NCBI GenBank assembly: GCA_965204535.1 | Contig: CBDBEV010000001.1 | Coordinates: 1,056,001 to 1,120,000 of the forward strand | Length of the DNA: 64,000 nt | Direction of reading: 5' to 3' | Source of the DNA: a bacterium | GTDB taxonomy: Bacteria > UBA8248 | Shown: positions 10,990 to 20,207 of the stretch, piece by piece | Layout: each line of letters begins with the position of its first letter | Position numbering within the stretch: the first letter of the stretch is position 1 | The notes under the pieces: generated by a model | Seen by the model: only the letters and a program-made list of their open reading frames with translations | Database searches by the model: none | Told to the model about the DNA's origin: nothing | Made by a program: the position numbers and the translations under genes

Positions 10990-12918
10990 ATGAGGTTTTT
11001 CATGTTCTCTCACCTCCTCAAGAAGGCGTCGCTGGCTCTTGCGATGCTCATGATTCTTCTCTGCGCATCCGTCGGTTCGGTTCACGCCCAGGAGAATGAT
11101 TACCGCAAGGCCCTGGGCCTCATCAGCGACAAGCTGCACCAGCGATTCCCGAACCTGCGCGGCGCGGTGGTCGCCGTCAGGGGGGCGGATCTTTACTTGA
11201 GCCTCGGAGAGAAGGATGAGGTGGTCAAGGGCGTCAAGCTGAGCGTCTACCGCGAGGGCGCGCCGTTTCGCCACCCGACGACGGGCGTCGTTCTCGGCAA
11301 GCTGGAAGAGGAAATCGGCGAGATCGAGGTCGTCGAGGTGCGGGAGAAATTCTCCATCGCGCGTCTGGTGCGCCTGGCGCCGGGCGGGCGGCTCTCCCCG
11401 CGCGTCAAGGACACGGTGCGCATGTCCGCCGCGAAGGTTCGCCTGGCGATACTGCCATTCGTCAACCAGACGAAAGAGCCTGTCAGCATGGAGACGCTCA
11501 CGAGAGAGCTGAGTCGCCAACTCCTGAGGAGCGGACGCTTCGACGTCTACGACGTGGACAGGCTCCAGGTATGGCTTCTGGAGACGGGTGTCGCCACCGA
11601 TGAAATTCTCAAAGGCGAGAATCCGATTCGTCTGCGGAACCAGGTGCGGGGCGACATGGCGATCGAGAACGAGCTCCGCGAAATCCGGGGGAAGAAAATC
11701 CTCTCCACCCGCCTTTTGTCTCTTACGACAAAAGAAGAACTCTTCAAGGCCGTGGCGATTGCGGATGAATTGCCCTTCGAGCAGCGCCCGCCCAAGGAGC
11801 AGGAATTGAGGCGCGCCGGGGACGGTGTGCGCGCGGGGCCTGCGAACGAGAGCTTCGTGCTCGCCCGCGAGGGCGTACCAAATAGAGGAGGCGGCCAAAA
11901 AAGCTACTCGTTCGACAAGGCCGCATTCCGGGGGCTGTCCGTCGCGGACGTGGACGGGGACGGAAAAAACGAAGTCGTCCTCATCACGCAGACCCAGGTT
12001 ATCGTCAACCGCTTCGAGAATAACCGGATGCGCGAGGTTGCCCGCTTCGACGAGGGGGCGGCGAACGACTTCCGCTGGCTCGACGTCGCCGACATGAACG
12101 GAGACGGCGCGCCCGAGTTCTACCTCGCCTCATACCGCTCGAACGAATTGTTCTCGCTGATCCTGCAGTTCAAGGGCGGGAAGTTCACGCCACTCGTCCG
12201 GAACGACAGGACGTTCTACCGCCTGCTCCGCGCCCGGCGGCCCAGGAAGGGCGAGAAGATCCCCGATACGGAAGCCTATCTGCTCCTGGGCCAGAGCGAG
12301 GGGATCGAGAGCGCTTTCGAGGGCCCCATCAGCCGCTACCGCTGGTCGGGGGGAAATCTCACGCCCGCCGCCCCCTATGCGCTTCCGCCGGATTTGACGA
12401 TACTGGGCTTCGGCTTGTGGGACATCAACAAGGACGGCGCGCAGGAAGTCATCGAGGTCGGGAAGGACGACAGGCTGAGGGTGTTTTCCAGAAGCGGCGC
12501 GGAGGTATTCTCCAGTTCTGAAATCTACGGCGTGCCCGTCCATAGATTCCACTCACAGGCCGGCGACGATCGCACCGACGAACAGGAAGATACGCCGGAT
12601 CTCCCCATACGCTCGCGCGTGCTGGTCGAAGATGTCGACGGGGACGGTGTGGACGAGGTTATGGTGATCAAAAACGAATACGCCACCGCCTTCGCGCCGG
12701 GCCTGGGCGTTTCGGGAGGGCAGATCGCAAGCCTGATATGGGACGGCAGCGGCTTGAGCGAGACCTGGCGCACGAGGAAGTTGGGCAGCGGAGTCGTGGA
12801 TTTCGCCTTCGGCGACGCGGACAATGACGGTTCCGACGATCTTGTGGTGGCGGCGACGGACGCGAGCGTGTTCACTAGCGGGAAAAGCCGGATTTTCTTC
12901 TACAGGATCAGGGAATAG
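10990..12918 (+). CDS. Secreted FG-GAP/VCBS repeat protein with N-terminal FlgT/CsgG-like domains
   Basis: Signal peptide; repeats ADVDGDGKNE, ADMNGDGAPE, DINKDGAQE, DVDGDGVDE, GDADNDGSDD; LAILPF motif. Confidence 0.8.
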   Translation: MRFFMFSHLLKKASLALAMLMILLCASVGSVHAQENDYRKALGLISDKLHQRFPNLRGAVVAVRGADLYLSLGEKDEVVKGVKLSVYREGAPFRHPTTGVVLGKLEEEIGEIEVVEVREKFSIARLVRLAPGGRLSPRVKDTVRMSAAKVRLAILPFVNQTKEPVSMETLTRELSRQLLRSGRFDVYDVDRLQVWLLETGVATDEILKGENPIRLRNQVRGDMAIENELREIRGKKILSTRLLSLTTKEELFKAVAIADELPFEQRPPKEQELRRAGDGVRAGPANESFVLAREGVPNRGGGQKSYSFDKAAFRGLSVADVDGDGKNEVVLITQTQVIVNRFENNRMREVARFDEGAANDFRWLDVADMNGDGAPEFYLASYRSNELFSLILQFKGGKFTPLVRNDRTFYRLLRARRPRKGEKIPDTEAYLLLGQSEGIESAFEGPISRYRWSGGNLTPAAPYALPPDLTILGFGLWDINKDGAQEVIEVGKDDRLRVFSRSGAEVFSSSEIYGVPVHRFHSQAGDDRTDEQEDTPDLPIRSRVLVEDVDGDGVDEVMVIKNEYATAFAPGLGVSGGQIASLIWDGSGLSETWRTRKLGSGVVDFAFGDADNDGSDDLVVAATDASVFTSGKSRIFFYRIRE

Positions 12919-12960
12919 CGTTCTTCGCGCCGCCGACTCCCGGCGCGGTCCGGTTTTCGA

Positions 12961-13340
12961 GCGGGGAAATGCGGGGAGATGCGCGCAAATGCGGGGGCCG
13001 GAAAAATTTTTTAATTCGATAAATTTCTGAAAAAAATTCACGTTTTTCGTTGGGTTATCCGCATAAACCATTGAATAAAAATCCTGTATTCCGTTGCTTC
13101 GATCCCGAAACATTTTCAGGAATTTATCGATATTTACCGGATTTTTCAGGAATTCCACCGTTCTCCCCGCGCCTTCCCCCACCGGCGCCCCGCCGCCCGC
13201 TCCCGCATGACGCCATCGCCGGAAATTCGCCCGCTTCATTTTCCCCTCCTCCCCCTTCGACGGGAATGTTCGCTTCTCACGCGCGCGATTCTCGCCCGTC
13301 CCGCGAATGACCCGGTAACCGCAATTGCGGGGAAATGCGG
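12961..13340. repeat. AT-rich dispersed element bounded by 10-mer GGG(G/C)AAATGC repeats
   Basis: Same layout as 54713-55135: 10-mer array, A5T6 tract, TTTTCAGGAATTTATCGA, terminal GCAAwTGCGGGGAAATGCG. Confidence 0.6.
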
Positions 13341-13381
13341 ACCCGGCCCCGACCGGGGAGGCGGGATAAAACCCCCCTGAG

Positions 13382-13573
13382 GGGGTTGTTGAAAAAGGCC
13401 CATCAATCGGGGTTGGCGCGTAGGGGCGGCCCCCCGTGGCCGCCCGTGTCGGATATGTCCATCTGCGTGGCTGTGCTTCGCAGGGAGAAGCATGGGGGCC
13501 ATGGACAGGCACAGGGGCCTGTCCCTACAAACCTTCTATTTGCAGGGTCCTGCGCAGACCTCTTCAACACCCC
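13382..13573. mobile_element. MITE with IS1182-like ends carrying GTAG-REP hairpins
   Basis: GGGGTTGTTGAAAAA ... TCTTCAACACCCC; internal GTAGGGGCGGC..GCCGCCC and GGACAGGC..GCCTGTCCCTAC. Confidence 0.7.
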
Positions 13574-13752
13574 CCTACGGGTTCGTCTTGATACGCGGGG
13601 CGTAGGGACAACCCCCTGCGCCGGTCCGGGAGCGCGGCCTGTCCTTGCGAGGCGGTGCGGTTTTGTTCGTCGTCCCGGCGTCATCGCCGGCCGATGCGGA
13701 AGGTGTTGCGGAGTGACGACCGGAGACGAATGCGGTTGCGTCCGCCGCCGGC

Positions 13753-14160
13753 TCAGCCGTCCTGACGCGCGGAGGGCGCGGACGTGCGGCGGATGAGCTC
13801 CCGGAGCGCCTCCATGGTCTCGCGGTGGCGCTCCCTCTGCTCCTCGCGTTCGGCGCGCAGCACGGCCATGGTTTCGCGGTGGCGCTCCTTGTGCTCCTCG
13901 CGTTCGGCGCGCAGCGCCTCCATGGTTTCGCGGTGCATCGCGTCCCGATGCCGCGCGGCCTGGCGCATGATGTAGAGGCCGTAGGCGATCAGTCCGCATT
14001 GCGCGGCCCCGACGAGGGCGGCCACCCACACGGAGGCCCACTGCGCGGCGAGGGCGGCTTCCTGGAGGGCGAGGCTCGCCTTTTGCAGGGCGAGGCTCGA
14101 TTGCTGTACGACGAGGTTTGATTGCTGTACGGCGAGGCTTGCGGTTTCGTATTCCGTCAT
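13753..14160 (-). CDS. Hypothetical single-TM coiled-coil protein with internal tandem repeats
   Basis: GGAGAAAA RBS before MTEYET; 7-aa repeats, one hydrophobic helix, 18-aa repeats HRETMxxLRAEREE. Confidence 0.7.
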   Translation of the reverse strand: MTEYETASLAVQQSNLVVQQSSLALQKASLALQEAALAAQWASVWVAALVGAAQCGLIAYGLYIMRQAARHRDAMHRETMEALRAEREEHKERHRETMAVLRAEREEQRERHRETMEALRELIRRTSAPSARQDG

Positions 14161-14251
14161 TCGATTTTCTCCCGTGAAGCCTCGTGAGCAGCAAGTCCGG
14201 TCAGTTTCGCCCAGGGCGGTGGAGAAGTCAAAGAGCGAACGCGAGTGAGGA

Positions 14252-14398
14252 GGGGGTGTTGAAAAAGGCCCATCAATCGGGATCGGCGCGTAGGGGCGGC
14301 CCCCCGTGGCCGCCCGTATCGGATATGTCCATCTGCGTGGCTGTGCTTCGCAGGGACAAGCATGGGGGCCTTGGACAGGCACGGAGGCCTGTCCCTAC
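14252..14398. mobile_element. Second copy of the 13382 MITE, right end missing
   Basis: ~147-bp near-identical direct repeat of 13381-13528. Confidence 0.75.
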
Positions 14399-14461
14399 GG
14401 GTCGGAGGACGGACAACGCGAGGAGGCCCTGTTCCCGCGTTTCGCTGCGTTCTCCACGCAC

Positions 14462-14491
14462 AAAAAAACCGGGGGGCCGAAGCCCCCCGGT
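14462..14491 (-). terminator. Rho-independent terminator after the porin gene
   Basis: A7-CCGGGGGGC-CGAA-GCCCCCCGG. Confidence 0.8.
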
Positions 14492-14532
14492 CGTCGTCGC
14501 GTCAGGTGAGGACGCGAACGTCGGTCGTGCGG

Positions 14533-15741
14533 CTAGAAGGTATGGATCACCGCCCAGCCGAACATCCAGGCGTCGTCCAGATCCTCGCCGCCTGCATCTT
14601 TACCGTAGTCGCCGCGCATGAGAACGGCGGCATCCGCTGCTAGCAAGAGATTCGGGTGAACTTGCCACTTCATAGTGACGCCGACCTGGGTGCCGAAATC
14701 CTTCGCGTTCTCCTTGCCCGCCTCGGGATGATCTTCGGCGGAATTGTATAGCGCTACGCTGCCGAGCAGCGTAAAGGTCTTGCTGACCGCGTATTCGCCC
14801 AGTCCCTCGAGCACGACTGCGCCGTTCATGCTGCTCAAATTCTTGTCTTGGAGGGCAGTCGAAAGACCTGTCGGGCTGTCACCTCCCATGATATAGCGGC
14901 CGGCCACTTCTGTGCCTTTGCCACCTCGAGGGCCAAGAAATTTTCCGCTTTCCCCCGGGTCGGAGCCGTCGTCGCCGGAGAACATGGTGAAGTTGCCGCC
15001 GAGTTTCAGCTTGCCCATACTGGCAGAAGTCCGCAACAGAAGCGCCCAAGCAGCGATGTCTTCTTTACTGTTGTTCTCGCCGCCCTGGAAGACGCCCGAG
15101 GCGTTCACGTTGAAGATGCCCGCCTTGCCCTTGGCGTTCAGGCCGAGGAAGTTGTAGTTGTAGCCGTTGTCCGCTCCATCTTTGGAGTTGGCCGCCCACG
15201 GCGTGAGGGTGAGGTTGGGGGCCACCTTGATGGTCAGGGCGGCGTAGTAATCCGTCACGTCGGCGTTGTCGGGGCCGCCGTCTTCATTATCTTTGATGTG
15301 GAACATGCTGAGCGAGAGGTTCTTGCTGAGCTTGCCGAAGACCTGGACGCCCGCTATGCGGTTGGCGCTGCCCCTGTAGATTTCGCCGTCCGGAGAGGCG
15401 GAGTCCGTCTTGCCCAACCTCATTTTAAGCGCGCTGCCCGGAACCGCGAATTCGAGCACCCAGCGGTTGGTGACGACAGCTCGCTTCTCTGCACCAGCAA
15501 ACGCACTAAACTGGGGTTCCCACCAGAGCCTGACGCCGCCGGCATTCGTCGTGAATCTGGGCCGCAATAACGCATCCAGTTTATTCACCTTGTCGTCATC
15601 GTCATCGTTCCCGTCCGCGTTGTTTTGGCTGGTTCCCCGCACCCGGTACCAACCTTGCATCTTGAAATCGGCCGCGTACGAGGGCGCTACAAACGTCGCT
15701 ACGAGCGCCAGCGCAAACAGAGTTAACAGAATTTTCCTCAT
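14533..15741 (-). CDS. Outer-membrane beta-barrel / porin-like protein
   Basis: Signal peptide ending SYAA, amphipathic strands with acidic loops, C-terminal Phe. Confidence 0.75.
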   Translation of the reverse strand: MRKILLTLFALALVATFVAPSYAADFKMQGWYRVRGTSQNNADGNDDDDDKVNKLDALLRPRFTTNAGGVRLWWEPQFSAFAGAEKRAVVTNRWVLEFAVPGSALKMRLGKTDSASPDGEIYRGSANRIAGVQVFGKLSKNLSLSMFHIKDNEDGGPDNADVTDYYAALTIKVAPNLTLTPWAANSKDGADNGYNYNFLGLNAKGKAGIFNVNASGVFQGGENNSKEDIAAWALLLRTSASMGKLKLGGNFTMFSGDDGSDPGESGKFLGPRGGKGTEVAGRYIMGGDSPTGLSTALQDKNLSSMNGAVVLEGLGEYAVSKTFTLLGSVALYNSAEDHPEAGKENAKDFGTQVGVTMKWQVHPNLLLAADAAVLMRGDYGKDAGGEDLDDAWMFGWAVIHTF

Positions 15742-16130
15742 TGTGTATTTCTCCTCATTGAGGTTTCACAAAAAATGTTGCCGTCTTCCTTCGTGTTCTG
15801 TGTCTGGTTTTATGGGTGCTTCTGCATCTGTGCTTCGTCGCCTGTAACAGGGCTTCCCGTTCCCGCATCACCCCCTCTCTTCCATGCCGCCCCGCACGTC
15901 GACAAGGTTCTATCGAGCGAACCGGTATTCGCCGCTTATAGACAATTCCCTGTCTGAGAAAACAGTCATTCCATTCCCCGTTTCCTCAAAGAATAGAGGT
16001 GAGGTTGAAGTGAGTTCATCGATCCGGAAGTGATGCGTCCGAATGCACTCATGCGGTATAAATAACTGTTATTATTTTCTTTAAGCCGACATTCTCTTCT
16101 TCGTCGTCTCTTTGCGCATCCGCCGTATGG

Positions 16131-16316
16131 ATGCCGAAACGCGCCCATATTTGACGCCGCCGGTATGCGTTTTGATGACATGTGAAGCGAGAGAGACCAC
16201 GCCCGTTCATGCTGAAACGCGCTCTCGATTGATGCCGCTGATATGCGTTTTGATGACATATGAAGCGGGAGAGACCGCGCCCGCTCATGCTGAAACGCGC
16301 GCTCGGTTGACGCCGC
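16131..16316. repeat. 78-bp tandem repeat, ~2.4 copies
   Basis: Units start at 16131, 16209 and 16287 (ATGCyGAAACGCGC...). Confidence 0.85.
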
Positions 16317-16396
16317 TTCACGGGCAATGGGGCATCGCCCGTACCCCTGTGATAGGATGCCCGATATCGCAAACTTGAAGCTGGAGGCTCATCCTC

Positions 16397-17383
16397 ATGC
16401 GAATCTGTACGTTCAGCCTGGCGGGCGAGGCGCGCATCGGCGTGTTGTTCGGGGAGAAAATCGCCGACCTGAAACTGGCCAGCGCCCTGTCGCTGGATGA
16501 GGAAACAGCGGCGGAGGCGATGGACCGCGTCGAGGCCGAGGTTCCCGATGATTGCGAGGAGTTCATCGAGGATCTGGAACTGAACCGCCCTCTCGCAGAA
16601 GAAGCCCTCGAAGCGCTCGAAGCGCATGGACGGAAAAAAGACCCGATTCGCTTCGACGGCATGCAGGTGGTCTATGAACCCGGTGAAGTCGAGATTCTCC
16701 CTCCCGTCGTGCCGGACACGCTGTTTTGCATGGCGAGGAACTACGTGGCCCATGCCGCCGAGATGGCGCGCACCGAAGTGGATGATTTCAAGGAGGAACT
16801 CCCGCTTTATTGTTTCCTGAAGCCCGCCACCTGCGTGAGCGGCCCGTATGAGGACGTGCCCGTCTATCCCTCGATGGAGAAGCTCGACTACGAGCTCGAA
16901 CTCGGCGTGCTCATCGGCCAGGGCGGCAAGAACATTCCGGTGGAAAGGGCCATGGACCACGTGGGCGGCTACACCCTGTTCAACGACATGAGCGACCGCA
17001 CGAGCCTCAACATGGGCAAGTTCATCGACTGGTACGCCATGAAGGCCCCGGACGGCTTCGCCCCCATCGGCCCCTACATCCTGCTCCCCGAGGAGGGCCT
17101 CGACCCCCACGATTTGAGGCTCAAGCTCTGGGTGAACGGCGAACTGAGGCAAGACGCCACAACGGGCGACATGGTCTGGCGGGTCGCCGAGCAGGTATCG
17201 TATCTCTCGGGGATAGCGACCTTGCGGACGGGCGACATCATCGGCACCGGCTCTCCTGCCGGCAACGCCGCCTCGTGGGGGGAATATCTCCAGGCGGGCG
17301 ACCTGATAGAGGGCGAAATCGAGGGGGTCGGGCGCCAGGCTTTTCGAATCAAGAGTGAAAGCCCCGAATATACGCCGGGCTAG
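16397..17383 (+). CDS. Fumarylacetoacetate hydrolase family protein
   Basis: NYVAHA.E, LDYELELGVLIG, NDMS.R, K..DGFAPIGP and GDIIGTGSP motifs. Confidence 0.92.
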   Translation: MRICTFSLAGEARIGVLFGEKIADLKLASALSLDEETAAEAMDRVEAEVPDDCEEFIEDLELNRPLAEEALEALEAHGRKKDPIRFDGMQVVYEPGEVEILPPVVPDTLFCMARNYVAHAAEMARTEVDDFKEELPLYCFLKPATCVSGPYEDVPVYPSMEKLDYELELGVLIGQGGKNIPVERAMDHVGGYTLFNDMSDRTSLNMGKFIDWYAMKAPDGFAPIGPYILLPEEGLDPHDLRLKLWVNGELRQDATTGDMVWRVAEQVSYLSGIATLRTGDIIGTGSPAGNAASWGEYLQAGDLIEGEIEGVGRQAFRIKSESPEYTPG

Positions 17384-17478
17384 TTCTCCCGGCGGTTGAT
17401 TCGCATCCGTTTGCGCATTAAGATTTTCGCCGTCGATCGATAAACATCCGAACCGCTGAAACCCGAGAGGGGACCCTC

Positions 17479-18846
17479 ATGAATCCAGCCATAGCCGAAG
17501 CCGAATCCCTGCGGACGATGGACAAGGAGCACGTCTGGCATCCGCTCATGAACCATTCCGGGATGGAGGAAAATCCCCTCGACGTCGTGGTCAAGGCCAG
17601 GGGTTCGACCATCCAGGACGCCTCCGGCAAGGAATACATCGACGCCATGGCGGGGCTTTGGTGCGTGAACATCGGCTACGGGCGCGACGAGGTGGCCAAG
17701 GCGGCCTACGAGCAGATGTTGGAATTGGCCTATTACCCGCTGACGCAGGTGAACCCGCCCGCGGCGAGGCTTGGCCAAAGGCTCGCGTCCTTGCTGCCCG
17801 ATGGCGTCGAGCGCGTCTGGTTCGTGAACTCGGGCTCCGAAGCCGTGGACACGGCCATCAAGATCGCCCGCGCCTATGGACGCTTAAACGGCGGAAGGCG
17901 ATACAAGATCATCGCCCGCCACCAGGGCTATCACGGAGCGACCATCGGAGGCGCCAGCCTCACCGGCCAGACGCTCCGGCGCGCGATGTTCGAGCCGCTG
18001 CTCCCGGGCGTGATTCACGTGAGCGCGCCCTATTTCTACCGAAGCAACGCGGACACCGAGGAAGAACTCGCCCGCCGGTGCGCGGACGAGTTGGATGAGG
18101 TCATCCGCTACGAAGACCCCGAGACCGTGGCGGCGTTCATCGCGGAGCCCGTCATCGGCGGCGGCGGGGTGATTCCCCCGCCCGCGGATTACCTGAGGCG
18201 CATGCGCGAGGTGTGCCGGAACCACGGGGTTTTGTTCATCGCCGATGAGGTCATTACCGGCTTCGGACGCACGGGAGAGCTCTTCGCCTCGGACCTCTAC
18301 GAGATCGCGCCGGACATCATGACGATGGCCAAAGGGCTGAGCAGCGCCTATCTGCCCATCGGGGCGACGGCGACCACGAACGAGATATTCGAAGCCCTGA
18401 ACGCCGAGGGAGACTCAGGCTTTCTGCAGATAAACACCTACGGCGGACACCCCGTCGCATGTGCTGCGTCGCTCAAGAACCTCGAGATCATGATGGACGA
18501 GGAGTTGCCCGCGCGCGGCGCCAAGGTGGGCGCATATCTCGGCGGGCTTTTGGGAAAGCTCTCCGACATCCCCTGCGTGGGCGACGTGCGGGGCGTGGGC
18601 CTCATCTGGGGGGTGGAGTTGATAGAGGAAGACGGCGCGCCGCTGTCCACGGCGGCCACGGCGAAAGTGCTGGCATACGCGAAGGAGCAAGGCGTGATCT
18701 TCGGCAAGAACGCCGGCATCGCGGCGGGTCCTTCGAACACCGTCACCATCAGCCCGCCGCTGGTATTGACCGAAGAGGAAGCCGAGCGCGCCGCCTCCGC
18801 TCTCGACGCCGCCCTGCGCCGCGTTCAGGCGGAGAGCGGAGCCTGA
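17479..18846 (+). CDS. Class III PLP-dependent aminotransferase
   Basis: GLWCVNIGYG, SGSEA, YHG, ADEVITGFGRTG, AKGL and TYGGHP motifs. Confidence 0.95.
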   Translation: MNPAIAEAESLRTMDKEHVWHPLMNHSGMEENPLDVVVKARGSTIQDASGKEYIDAMAGLWCVNIGYGRDEVAKAAYEQMLELAYYPLTQVNPPAARLGQRLASLLPDGVERVWFVNSGSEAVDTAIKIARAYGRLNGGRRYKIIARHQGYHGATIGGASLTGQTLRRAMFEPLLPGVIHVSAPYFYRSNADTEEELARRCADELDEVIRYEDPETVAAFIAEPVIGGGGVIPPPADYLRRMREVCRNHGVLFIADEVITGFGRTGELFASDLYEIAPDIMTMAKGLSSAYLPIGATATTNEIFEALNAEGDSGFLQINTYGGHPVACAASLKNLEIMMDEELPARGAKVGAYLGGLLGKLSDIPCVGDVRGVGLIWGVELIEEDGAPLSTAATAKVLAYAKEQGVIFGKNAGIAAGPSNTVTISPPLVLTEEEAERAASALDAALRRVQAESGA

Positions 18847-18895
18847 TGCGATAGCCGACAATTTTTCCCGCACATCATTTTCAGGGAGATTTCAT

Positions 18896-19567
18896 ATGTC
18901 CAACATCACCATGCTCGACATCGAGGATCTGAAGAAGACGAAGCTGGCGCCGTTCGTGAACAAGGCGCTCAAGCACCGCGCGCCCGACCCCGCCTTTCAC
19001 GCCATGCAGGGCCACAACGAGGATTTGGCGAAATCGATGTACCTCGCGTGGGGCACGGTGTTCAACACCGGCGTCATCGACCACAAGCTCAAGGAGATCA
19101 TCCGCGTTCAGCTCTCGCGCCGCGCCTTTTGCAACTACTGAGGGAACGTGCGCTCTGCTTCGGCGAAGCAGGCCGGCCTGACGGAAGAGATGATAGACGA
19201 GGGCATCGACAACTGGCGCGAGAGCGCGCTTTTCACCGAATCCGAAAAACTCGCGCTGGAATACAGCGAACTCATGGATTCGGAACCCGAGAAGATCGAC
19301 GAGGCCTTCTACGCGAGGCTGCGCGAGCACTACTCGGATGAGGAGATTGTGGAGCTCGGCTCTTTCATCGGCTTCAACGTGGGCTACCACACCTTTTTCA
19401 GGACGCTCGATTTCTACCCCATGTTCACCCCCGACGGCAGGCTGGTGAGTCAGGAGGAATCGCGCCGCATCTACGGCGATTGCCCCGTCTCGCACATGAG
19501 CGGGCCGCTTGAGCGCGCGCTCGAAGAGGGCGAGGCGCAACAGGCAGGCGGAGGCCAGGAGGGGTAG
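18896..19567 (+). CDS. AhpD/carboxymuconolactone-decarboxylase-fold protein, predicted selenoprotein (CNYU; UGA at 19139-19141), 223 aa
   Basis: ORFs 18896-19141 and 19148-19567 share a frame, separated only by TGA; the fused product is colinear with the downstream paralog. Confidence 0.82.
19154..19172 (+). promoter_or_regulatory. Candidate bacterial SECIS element
   Basis: CTGCTTC-GGC-GAAGCAG perfect stem; G-starting loop 20 nt after the UGA. Confidence 0.72.
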
Positions 19568-19569
19568 CC

Positions 19570-20175
19570 ATGCCGATCATCGAGCCGCTCGAACCCGAAG
19601 GAATTGAAGAGAAGAACTGGAAGCGCGTCATGGAGCGCACCGCCGAGACCCAGGCGCCCGATGAGCTTTTCTCGCGCATCATGGCCCATGCGCCCGGCTA
19701 TGCCGCCAACCTGCACGACGCTATGCACCGCTCCCACGCCATGGGCGGGGTGGACCACAAGCTCAAGGAGATGGTTCGCATCCAGCTCGCCAGGACCGCG
19801 CAAGACACCTACTTCGCGAACCTGCGCTCCGAGCAGGCGAAAAAAGAGGGCCTGACGGAAGAACGCATCGAGGCCGCCTGCGGCGATTTCGAGAACGACC
19901 CGCAGTTCACCGAAGCCGAGAAGTGGGCGCTCCGCTATTCCTACTGGATGTACCGGGACGCAACGAAGCTCGACAAGGGATTCTACGACGAAGGCAAGAA
20001 GCACTTTTCAGAAGCCCAGATCATGGAGATCGGCGCGATGGTGGCGATTCACTATGGTTTCCAGGTCTTCATGCGCACGCTCAAGGCCTATCCGCTCCAC
20101 GATCCGGAGGGAAACCCGGTGACGCAGGCGCAGTCCGAGCAGATTTACGGGAAAGACGTGCCCTCGCCCGCCTGA
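19570..20175 (+). CDS. AhpD/CMD-fold paralog lacking redox residues
   Basis: DHKLKEMVRIQLARTAQDTYFANLRS aligns with DHKLKEIIRVQLSRRAFCNYUGNVRS; starts 2 nt after the upstream stop. Confidence 0.85.
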   Translation: MPIIEPLEPEGIEEKNWKRVMERTAETQAPDELFSRIMAHAPGYAANLHDAMHRSHAMGGVDHKLKEMVRIQLARTAQDTYFANLRSEQAKKEGLTEERIEAACGDFENDPQFTEAEKWALRYSYWMYRDATKLDKGFYDEGKKHFSEAQIMEIGAMVAIHYGFQVFMRTLKAYPLHDPEGNPVTQAQSEQIYGKDVPSPA

Positions 20176-20207
20176 GTTTCGCCATCGAGCAATAAGCGCC
20201 CGCCGGC

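Noticed and set aside
16131-16316. Possible CRISPR array
   Set aside because: Whole 78-bp units are similar, with no unique spacers and no cas genes; the REP clusters also lack repeat-spacer periodicity
18896-19567. Two small genes or a nonsense pseudogene
   Set aside because: The stop is UGA exactly at the redox Cys position, followed by a SECIS-like hairpin and no other lesions. Sec is the better reading, pending sel genes, which are not in this window.
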